Origin: Asterias rubens
Taxonomy: Eukaryota
Assembly (NCBI RefSeq): GCF_902459465.1
Contig: NC_047076.1
Coordinates: 12,834,001 to 12,898,000, forward strand
Length of the DNA stretch: 64,000 nt
Direction: 5' to 3'
Below are positions 21,372-33,300 of the stretch, one piece after another. A model generated the notes under the pieces. It did not search any database, was not told the DNA's origin, and saw only the letters and a list, made by a program, of their open reading frames with translations. Numbering within the stretch: the stretch's first letter is position 1; the number at the start of each line of letters is the position of its first letter. A program made the translations under genes and the position numbers.

Positions 21372-24300
21372 CTGGAGGTGTCAATAACGGACAATAAATA
21401 TTAGTAAACCTGGTCACACTTTGGATGTCGAACACCCTGTACATAACCTATGAGTTTCTTATGGGATAGGAATAACACCGACCATGTCCAGCATGGGCTA
21501 TATTTGTATAAGCAAATATGCCCCAAACAAGGCTAAAAGCCACTCTTGGTATGGGGCTACAGTGGTGGCTATGGCTACAGCTGTTGGCTTGAACGGCAAG
21601 TAAACATTATGTGGACAGCATAGCAATATCTACCGTAGCCGCAACAACCGCGCATATCAATTCATACGTGAATTTTGAAGGCCTTTTCGAAACATGGCTT
21701 ATTGGGTTTAAAGTTCGGTTTCGGCTTTTTACGTCAAGCCCTGATAGCTAGCTCTCTTTTAAAGATTGCTGTAGAAGCCTAAACCGCAGCAAGGCGTGTT
21801 TTTTGAAAACACCTTCGAATATATCGTCTTTATATTTTGTCAGGAAAAGCACCCATTCGGGCCGAACCATTCTCACCTGGAAAGATGAGAGACCCAGCTC
21901 AATGTACATGCGCATCTTGACGACAACTTTGTTCTCAGTGGCGTACATGCCGATGGTGACGATGTAATACACGCCAAACAGTGGGATTAAGACGAGAGTC
22001 GACTTTGCCAGTTTGCTGTAAAGTTGCAAAAGAAAATTAATACAAGCCTGACTTCATGCGGAAGAAACAGTATTAAAAGTTAGAATTTAACGATAACAAG
22101 AATATTAGTGTCTGAACACTTCAATCGGGTACAACCATCTTTAACTTTTTGGCAACTGCTCCATCTGGGGATCTTTACCCAACCAGGAACCCTCTTGTTC
22201 TCTATAGGTTCCGGTTTGAATGTGTATACCTACCCAGAAGAACAACCATGGGCATGGGAAGAAACAAAGGAACGGGCCATGTGACTGTGGTACCCCCATG
22301 TTTGGTTAACGATCAAAAGAGTCCACTATATGAGACGGCTGTTTAATACTTTGTACATTACTTTCTCTCTTGTGCTGGTAAACTGTGTGTCCCACACTGA
22401 TACAAGTGAAAGAAAACTGTTAACTTGGACACGTATAGTCAGTAATGGTGGTTGTTGACCGTTGTTGACCGTTGTTGACACTAACTATAATTTTGACGCA
22501 GCCAGGAAATTTGTCAGCAGTGAGAAACGTCACCAGACTGACTCTATACGCAGTATACAACCAGCCAAAGGCCGTCAAAGAAACAAGAAGCCTTGGACGA
22601 CAAAATGACCAACATTTGAATAACCCTTTAATAGAGTCTCCATGAGGCCACGGACTAGCCAATCCTATTGGACAACAGGCCAACTAATCAGCCAACCCTA
22701 TTGGACATGGACCACCTACATGACATGTAACCAGCCAATCCTATTGGACATGGACCACCAACATGCCATGTAACCAGCCAATCATATTGGACCTGGACCA
22801 CCAACATGCCATGTAACCAGCCAATCCTATTGGACATGGACCACCAACATGCTATGTAACCAGACAATCCTATTGGACATGGATCTCTAACATGAAATGT
22901 AACCAGCCAATCATTTTGGACATGGACCAACAACATGACATGTAACCAGCCAATCCTATGGGGCATAGACCACCAACATGCCTTGTTACCAGCCAATCCT
23001 ATTGGGCATAGACCACCAACATGCCATGTAACCAGCCAATCCTATTGGACATGGACCGCCAACATGCTATGTACCAGACAATCCTATTGGACATGGATCT
23101 CTAACATGAAATGTAACCAGCCAATCATTTTGGACATGGACCAACAACATGACATGTAACCAGCCAATCCTATGGGGCATAGACCACCAACATGCCTTGT
23201 TACCAGCCAATCCTATTGGGCATAGACCACCAACATGCCATGTAACCAGCCAATCCTATTGGACCTGGACCACCAACATGCCATGTAACCAGCCAATCCT
23301 ATTGGACATGGACCACCAACATGCCATGTAAACCAACCAATCCTATTGGGCATGTACCAAGCAAGCCAACCAATTCCTTGTTTGGACGGACAATATAGAA
23401 TTGAAGCCTTATACTATTTGATGCCTAACAACTACGTCGGATAATAACATAATGATTCCTCGGCACAATTCACATCCAGGTTTTAAATATTATTTAAATA
23501 ACTATTAAACCCTTGGGAGGCCTGTAAAGAAAAATAAATTATGCAAAGTTAGAATCATGGTTCTAAAAGTTCACACATGGGGTTATAATGATCATTCAGG
23601 ATGCACACGTGAATATGGCACATCTAGATTTAAAAAAGAAAGGACATGGCCGTCATTTATAGTGCAAGAGAGCTCATTGCTTTACGTGCAGGTTGGCGAT
23701 GGGGGAACAGTCTGGTTATTGATGATTGCTAGTCTCACCATCGGCTACAGATTCTGCTTTCTTTGACCATTGGCTTCATACCTAAACACAAACTGAAAAG
23801 GGAACCAGACCAGCTTCATAACGAGAGAGGTCATCATTGTTGGAATATGCTGAAAAGGGAACCAGACCTGCAGCTGGAAAATTAGTGACGTCATCAATGT
23901 TGAAATTCTTAAACAAGGCCCACACTTTTGTTTTGCTTAGAATAAAGTTTTATTTCACCCCCGCACACAAAAATACTTTTTTAACTAGAATAATGTATAC
24001 AAGACTGAACGATATTCTTTAAAATAAATAAAGCAAACACAACTACTCAAGTCAAGCAAATAGAGGGAGTAAATGCCCGGAGAGCAAATTATAATGTCTG
24101 CACACAGTGCAGGGACGTGTCTTAAAGATACCACAATCACTTTAATGGTATTTAACAATCCAGTTTGTACGAGTGTGAAGCCATAGGTCAAAGGTCAGAA
24201 TACGTCACCGAGGGTTAGTAGATAGCATGAACTATTATGACGTCACCGGGGGTGCAATAATTATGAGTTGGGCCATTCTTTGTGCATTAATACTGAACAC

Positions 24301-27300
24301 TACTACCATGCTGTACCGGGGTACCATGCTCATGTACAAGGTTGATATTAAGCGAGGCTTGTATAAACTTCTCAGAGATATCAAAATTCTTGAATAAATT
24401 TTTGTAATATTTTGATTTTCTTCATACGTTTTTAGGCACCAGTGAATAGCTTGTGAGATTGTTGTACGATAATGTTTGCTTGCTTGTTTATTTAGATGAT
24501 CTTAACATCAAGGGAACTCAGCAAACTCCCATGCTGGCAACAACAGCCAATCTCTCTCATACAACATTAGTTAAACGTCTGTGATTATGAATTGCGCAAC
24601 CCAAGAAATTGTGATTCAGTAACTAGACGACAAAACTTATTCCACCCGTTGTAAAATCAGCGGTTAAGCTAGGGGATTCGAACCGATAACCTTGTGATTG
24701 CAAGTCTTGCAGACTAACCACTCGACCAATGCATACTACTGGCCTCTTTCGTATTGTGACAATCTCCCCACATTTCTTTAAGATACTGGTTATGAATGGT
24801 GCACGTGCAAACAATCTCTTAGGTTGTGTTTTGGTTTCGCGGGTTTTAAGGAAGGGACCGTTCTGCATTCAACATTGCTGGCTGAATAATTAGGACGTAG
24901 TTTCTTACCAAACTCATCGCTAGGGGCGTGTCCAATATTGAAGCAACTCATGACGTCACCTGTGACTTTTTTTATATTAATTTGCATATTATAACTATCC
25001 TAGTGTGCAGTTGTTATTTCTATAATTTAATAATGATTTAAGAAGTTAGTGGCGAAACATGTTAGTGGCAAAATTTAAGTTTCGAAACCTTAGGCCAAAT
25101 TTAAACAAATTTGAACTTGATTGTTTGTAGTCATTGAACACAATTGATAGATCCCCCAAACAAAGTGAGTAAGCATAATCCCCAATAGAAAATAATATTT
25201 GTGTTTGCCAAGTAACTGGGATCTTCTTCAGGTGAAAAAAAAGAAATGAAAATTAACAAAATCATTTTTTGGTAGTTTTGTATAAATAAAAAAAAATAAA
25301 TAAATAAAAATTAAAAAGCGAGTATAAGTATATTTAAAATACCAAAAACAAAACTGAGCGAATTTTTTTGTTAAAGTCCTTAGTGCTTTTTTTTCTCTGA
25401 ATTTTTTACGTCGGTGACAAAAATATTCTCAAGTCCAAATAAAACTCAATGTGGTTATACATCAAGACATTTCTGTCCCTTTTCTAATTAATGTGCGGGT
25501 GGTATAGGGAGTAAGCGGAGATTCAGCAGCCATCGGCCATGCCTTCTTACCTATACCTTCTCGCTTCTGCGGCGTTGGTGGCGTTCAGCTTGGTTGCTAG
25601 TACACGCAGGATGTTGAGAAACAAGATGAAGTTGATCTGTGGGGTTTAATATCAATAATAATAAAAAATAGTTATTCCTGTAACGATCCGGACAGATCCT
25701 ATCTGGGTTCAAAACCTCAGATTGGCATTTGAGAGGTCAACATTACATTTATCTTGAAAAAAAATCGTTCAATATGATACTTTTGAACTCTAGGTGGCAG
25801 CAGATTAACGGTTTAAAACGTTCTGAGTATGCATAGGCCGTATCTGAAACGGCGATTTCGGCTACAGCTACGGCTAGATCAGCGCATCTGCCAGTGTTGA
25901 AGAATAGGCAGACGCGCGCGATCTAGCCGTAGCTGTAGCCGAAGTCGCCGTTTCGGTCACAGCCTAATACTTTTCCCAAGAGCAATGGATTTACCTGTAA
26001 GTCTGCTGCCACCTATTGCCTATTAGTCCCAAAAGTATTTCATTGGTAACCTAGGTTAACTCACCACAACAGAGACCATTACCGGAGCCTTGATAATCCA
26101 GTACACATTCTCTTCTGTCATCTGAGCGAACCAGCACCTGTAAATATCAACAAACCTCACGTACAAATGTTGTTGATAGTATTGAGGGGCTGTGAAGCCA
26201 TGATCCAAGTTTGGCGAAATTTCATAAAGCTGTTTATAGGCAGAAAGTACTGTTTGATAAATATCTTTGCTAATTTTAGCTGGTAACCTGTAGCATTACT
26301 AGTCTTTGATTAGCAGATTGTTGTGCCATGGAGGTAATGCTTAGAGACCGCTGAAACTTGGCCCAGGCCTGTGGATGTACATGGAAGTATGAACTCACAC
26401 CTAAAGCACGCGCGCGTACAAACTCACACGAAGGGAGGGCGCTTGTGTGCAGTAACTGGATGAGAGTTTGATCACGACGACCCAGGCCCTTTAAGCTCAC
26501 CATTATGCCTTAAGTACAAGTGAACACAAAACAACTTCAAACATCGTTGGCGACAACAGTATAAATACAGATCAAATTAAAGTCTTTATAACTTTGGTTA
26601 CCAGAAAGGAAATGTCAATAATGGTTGAAAAAAGAGTTTGGTCAATTGGAGTTGAATAATAAGGAAAGGGAACGACTGACTGTGGAATGAAAAAGAACCT
26701 ACCCTTCCGCATGTGTGTATTCTTGCACTATCACCCACGGTACGACAAACAACAGAGGAACGCCTGTAAAATAAACACACCAATGTTAAGGTTGTGAAGT
26801 GCGTTGTCTCTTCATATTCAAAATCAAGACTAGAAGGATTTGTTTCTAATTTACTATTTTATTAGATTTATAAATCAGGAAGAGGAAAGAATATTCATGA
26901 TTATGTTTATCCCAGATGTCTTTGCCACAAATTGGCACAAAAAGTGTGTCTTAACTGCACTCCAATTCTGAAATTGAGTGGCGCATAAACCAGCATCCTT
27001 TTCAAGCCTGCTCTCTCGTAGAATTCATCGATTCCAAGGAGAAATATCTCGTCTCCATAACCATACCAACGAGTCCGCACCTCTGAGCATTCCGAAGTCA
27101 ATAGAGTCTGGTAGCGAACTGTGGACCTCTTGTTCGCACCGGTATAAACACTTGGGAAGGCTGAGTCAAGTCGACCTCCAGAAATGACCACCTTGAATTA
27201 CCAATTTGACTTCACTCTTATTGAATTAAAACTCCCCAAAGACTGGTCTTTGAAGTTAATCCTATTTGCCGCTCGGTACAAGTGGCTCTCCAGTGACGTC

Positions 27301-30300
27301 ATACCATCCTCAATCGTTGCTTTGTTTTTCGTTTTGTAATGCCGCTAGTGAAAGATGGCGCACTTTATTTGATGTGCCGACAAATTGGACATTAGTTTCG
27401 AACAAATAGAGCTAATTAAAATCTAGGATGACAGCGTGTGGTTGAATTGGAGTGAATAATTGTGATTTATTGACTCGCTCCTAAAACTATGTCAGGAGGA
27501 AAAGTAGGTCGAATGTGAACCGACTTTCCTGTGTACGTCTTGCCATTCAATTATCGGTTGTTTGTGAATCCAACTGCATGATCCATATAATGACACTCAA
27601 ACACATTGCGAACAATATTGTCAGCAGTGCAAATACCAAGGCTATGAATGCATGGGATCGAGGTTGTCTTGTGTAGGATGTCATGGACGCGTGGTTAAGA
27701 GCAACGAATTCAAGTTCTGGTGTTTAAACCATCGGATTGTAGGTTCGAATCCCGGTCTTGACACTTGTGTCCTTGAGCAAGATACTTTTCTATAGTTGAT
27801 TTTCTTCACCCATTAGTATAAATAGAGGTTGATACTGTGTATGAAAAGGTCTCTACAGCTCTAGAGCTCAGGGAGCTGATAAGGATTACAGGAATGCTAT
27901 ACATTTTTGTACATGTAAGCCCAATGATCAGTATACAAAAGTGCATTGAGACGGTTATTGTAAAATGCGCTAGAACTAGTTATTACTATTACTTACCCCA
28001 TCCCAGAATGATGTACAGTTTAAGCGAAGACGATTCCGAGAACACGGCAAGAGTGATGAGCGCGTGTAGATACACGCCCTCTACGAGCAACCAGTAATAA
28101 TTGGATACCAACGCATATTGACAGATAGTTATGACGATAGTCATGGCCATGTCGCAACCCAAATCCTGTGTTATAAAAAAAGTCGAGGCTTAAATTAGAA
28201 TAAATTGGTAGCAAAGACAAATACCCTAAAGTTGCCATATTGTTTTCTACAGTAAGCTTCAGGGATTGCGACTACTCTAAACGACTCGAAGCAGCCATCT
28301 TGGTTCCTCATTGACAACTACACATGACCTGTCTTGTCGTGGCCGACCGATTACCGCCCTAGTGTTCTTATCATTAGAGTGTGGGTTCAAGTCCCAGTCT
28401 TGACAATGTGTCTTCGATCAAGACAATTAACCATAGCTCTGTCCTTCGGATGGGAGATAAAGCCGTGGGTCACGTTTACTAAGATTAGTAGTGCACGTAA
28501 AATAACCTGTCATGAACACTCCATCCTGGACGATTAGGGGCTAACCTCAGTGTTTCTGGTTTACATAGCAAGCACTAGTGTTAACAGGTTTCCTATACAA
28601 GGCTTGCGAGCAACAGTGATTAAGCTCCTTATTAGGCATCCTTGTTTCGTTATGAGAATTACGTAACAATATTGGTCTACCCCGAGGCAAGGAAGCTGAG
28701 CAAAAGTCTGATCCCCTTTTATTGGAAAAGACAGGACGCCAGACTGCAGTTTTACCTTGACTACACTTGTTCCATTAGCTGAGCTATAGTCATCGTGTTC
28801 TTCGGACTCCGTCAGTAACGCGTTGACGCTGACCGCATAAATGATGTCACGAACGAACATAAATACCGCCCTCAAGATGAACGACATGAAGAGATGCATG
28901 TGTATGGTGTTTCGCGGACATCGTAGTTTTCTAAAGGAACAACAAAAATTGGTCAGATTGAGATGTACTCATTAATCCAAGGGAAATGAAACCGTTTCAT
29001 ATGACATATTATGCGAAAGATCTTTCTTTAAAAGGTTTTGTTTTCCAAATCTCAGAATCGAAATGTTCAACTTAAATTATAATGTTTTTGGCAAAACATT
29101 ATCTTTACATCAAATTTATTCTTCAACATGAACACCAAAACAGACATAGATGAACAATATCTTGTAATTCTTTGTTTCGTTCCTTAAGGCACAGAAGAAA
29201 ATGCCGCCCATACCAAACACCGCCAAACCCTTCGATTTTAAAAACATCTCAACAAATTTGAAATTCACGATTCCTTTTAAGAAGCTACCACCGACGGAAA
29301 TCCCATGTTCACCCTAGGGATGTTTGGATACGAACCACCGCTAGCTGCTTGCCCCATTAAGATATTTTGACACTCGGGGCAATTTCACTACTCAATATGA
29401 CTCTCTATTTCTTGCAAAGCTATCAAGAGGTGATTCAATTCAATTCACATTCATTTCCATTAACACATTTCCACACATTACAGCACTATTGTAATGCATA
29501 AACGACAGAATAAGAACAAACTAGCGGGAAAGCGCGTGGAGGCAAGGCCCAAAATAAGACAGGTAGCTTGTATAGCGGCTTGCCTTTTATGATAACAAAA
29601 TACATAAACAAAGGTACTTGCTAAAGACAATACAAGGACAAAACAAACAAGCAAACAGACAGATAGACAGACGAACAAACCATTAGAGAAAATGGCAATG
29701 ACAAAGTAAATTAATCTCATACTTACTTAAAATAACTGAAAATCGCCATTGCGATGACAAGAGCGAGTAAGGACAGGGAGTAACCGATACTATACACAAT
29801 TCGTAGATACTGCAGAACAGGAGTCTATTGCATGGTAAAGGGAAAGAAGATTGATTTTAAAGACATTGAACACTATTGGTAATTGACTAAGACCAGTCTT
29901 CTAACTTGGTGTATCTCATAATATGCATAACATAACAAACCTGTGAAAATTTGAGCTCAATCGGCCGTCGACGTTGCGAGATAATAATGAAAGAACACCC
30001 TTGGCACGAAGTGTTGTGTGCTTTCAGATGCTTGATTTCGAGAACTCAAATTCATCTGAGGTCTCGAAATCAAATTCGTGGAATATTACTTCTTTCTCAA
30101 AAACTACGTACGTTCAGAGGGAGCCGTTTCTCACAATGTTTTATACTATCAACCTCTCCCCATTACTCGTCACCAAGAAAGGTACCATAATGTGTTAATA
30201 AGTGTAACTATAGAGAACATCTAACTACCGGGCTCGGATGGGTCTCTGTAAGCATGGGAGTTATATGTTGAGTCTATCCTGACACTTCTGAACAACAACG

Positions 30301-33300
30301 GGATAAAATTGGGCATGTCGAGACACCATACGGACGTACACAGTTAATATCAGAAGGTATTGTAGGATACCACAAGGTGTAATTAAAGGTATGGATAGGA
30401 AAATACCACAACAGACAAACTGGGTACCAAATGGGTTTATCGAGGCTGCCGTAAGGGTATGAACAAAATGAGTTGAGCGTACCGGTTCTCCTTCAGTATG
30501 TACGGTACACAGGGTGTAATTCGTCCACTCGTTGAACGTGCCGTTCGGCCAGCACGTCTTGTAGGCGAAGACGGGAGCTGAAACAACCAAGTGCAAATTT
30601 TATCAAGTGAGAAGTTATTAACAACATTAATCTAATTTATCACTCCCTAAAAGATTGGTTTGTGTGGGAGTTCTGTTGTTTGTCATCGCAGATGGTGATT
30701 TCTTTTTTCTTCCTTCAAAAAGTTAGTATAGAATTTGATTTTCTACCTTCTGTGTTGTTAATCTTTTATTAATTCAGTCCGGGTGATAATTTATCCTTTG
30801 CAGGCTCGGGTTGGAGAGGTTAGGATGCATAAGATTGAGCGTAGATCTGTGTCATGTTGTCATATAAATGATTAGTTTCTAATCAAATTCCGTGGCTTTG
30901 CTTGGGATTTCAGTGGGAAAAGGGAGTAAAAGTACTGGCGTAGAAATTGAAAGGTAATGAAAAAGCGGATCTGTTTACACCGCTGGCTGGATCAAATAAC
31001 CAGCTAGCTGGGGAGTATCGGTGTGACGTCACGACCCTTGGCGAGCGCATTAGGGGATAATGCTCAATTGCATTGAACCATGCACGAACTTTTCAAACTG
31101 TGGGTGCGTTCGTTTAGCTTCCCTGTGTTTCTTTCAACTTGAAATAATTTAGTTTTGAAATTGTTTGTGGCTTAAAAGCACTGGACATCTGTGGTTATTG
31201 TCAAAGACCAGTATTTTCACTTGGTGTATCTCAACATAATATGCAGACAATAACAAACCTGTTAAAATTTGAGCTTAACTGGTCGTCAAAGTTGGGAGAG
31301 AAGAATGGAAGAAAAAACACCCTTGTTGCACAAGTTTGTGTGCTTTCAGATTTCAATTAACATATTTTGGTGAGAAATTACTTCTTTCTCAAAAACCACG
31401 TTTAATTTTTACTTCAGAGGGAGCCATTTCTCACAATGTCTTATACTATCAACAGCTCTTCAATGCTCGTTACCAAGTAAGTTTTTATGTTGATAATTAT
31501 TTTGAGTAATTACCAATAGTGTTCAGTGCCTTTAAGTTTTAATCTTCCTGATCACATAAAACTAACAATTTAATACGGGTAATTGTATAATTTTTTGTGA
31601 CAGAAATCTCACTCTTTCCGCAAATACATCCAGGTTAATTGTAGGTGCATAAACAGGTGCATAAACATTTTTCAAAGAAATTTGGCTTGGTTTCTATAAC
31701 TTTTTTTTTCAAAAATGAAAGGAAATATTTACCTTCCGGATTAGCGAGGTGAACTGATGGACATGGTAGTTTGGCCGTAGTGTTAACTTTAGCCTCATCC
31801 CAGCATAGGATGGTATCCCATGTACGGTTACATCTAGGGGAACCTGGGAAGGAGGAAATCAAGATATCTGCTTAATTCTCATTTCTAACATTTTCGTGTC
31901 GATCCAGACGCTCTCAGTATCTTTACGATTGTTAAATGAAATTAATAAACCATGCGAACGAAGTAATTAAATTAACGATACTTTAAAAATCACTTTACAT
32001 TTCTCTACATCTAGGACTGCTTCAATGTCTTCTGTATTTTATGTATCTCAATCAAATGAGATAGATTGGAAATCGTTTTGAAGTGGAATGTTCTGTTTGG
32101 ATTTTATCAGTCTGGATATTATTCCCCTGGCAATAAATACACTACTCAAAATAGAGGGTTGATCTATAGGAATGGGGACCACTTTACCTAATGTCCTTTT
32201 TTATTGGAAAAGACGGGAGTCTATTCTAGAAAGCTTTGCTCGTCGATCATAATTTCTTTGAAACAGCCATGGGGATCAGTTTCTATTTCTTAGGTCTCAA
32301 AATATCAGGAAGTAGTTGTTATTTAACGAGAGAGATTGTAAAGGAATGCTGCCCGTTCGGATGTGAATATCTATAGTCATTGCAGGTCTTAATTAATGCA
32401 AAATAGAAGACAATATTATCTTGAAAATGTGAGCTAAACAACGAACAGTTTAAAAAGCAAATATTATGTTTTATTCAGGGTAAGGCAGAACTTTTTTTTC
32501 TCACTTGAACTTCGGAGACTCACTGACACTGATCCACAATTTTAGTTTGCTACCATTGCTTTAAAATCAAAACTAAGCTGGAGTTTCCAACCACAATGCT
32601 ACATGTGACATGTTTATTTTGGCTGATAATCTTAATCCGGTAAGCAAAACTATTTTGTGTGAAGCTACTTTTTTTTGCGTAAGAATCTTTTTAAAATCAG
32701 GCTCAGGTCTTGAAGTAGTTCTCTGACAAATACTGTCTGGTGGGTTCAATTTAATTTCGGACGTATTTGCTTACAACCAATCCACTTCCATATGTTCACT
32801 TCAATCTGATTTCAACGCTACGGGAAGATGATATTCACAGTTTCACCTTACAAAATAATCTACTAATTAAATAATTTCGCTCTAATAGTTTTCTATTTCA
32901 CAGTTTTGTGTCATGCATGCAATGTGGACACGCATAGGGTACAGATGTGGAAATCGCCGCTTATAGCCCTAAGTTTCTCTCGCTTTAACGCCATTTAGGT
33001 TAATTTACGGTCGGCAGTGGGGCATTTAATCACATTTTGACGGGGACGATCGCGTCGTTGACCCCCACGGCATTGACCGGGAGGGGAGGGGAGAGGTTGG
33101 TTTCCAGACAGAGTCCGGGGTTTTCAGACCGTAGTTCATCACTACCGTGGTTTTCCCTTAGGGGACCGTGGGTAATATGTCTCGTTTAGCGTGCTTTACT
33201 TGAGCCGCGCCGTGCAGAGTAGATCAAAATGCCCCGGTAGATCGGGATGGTTCAACGGGCGGAAATGAAACGTAGTAACTAGAGAAGCGAGCTGTGCGCT

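Noticed and set aside
22688-23331. Repetitive ORFs of 60-102 aa on both strands
   Set aside because: By-products of the 43 bp minisatellite; unit not divisible by 3, no splice signals.
22657-23385. Repeat array resembling CRISPR
   Set aside because: Eukaryotic intron, contiguous units, no unique spacers, no cas genes.
24650-24740. tRNA gene candidates (also near 16670, 27690, 34370)
   Set aside because: A/B boxes are present but acceptor and anticodon stems do not pair, and flanks match SINE bodies.
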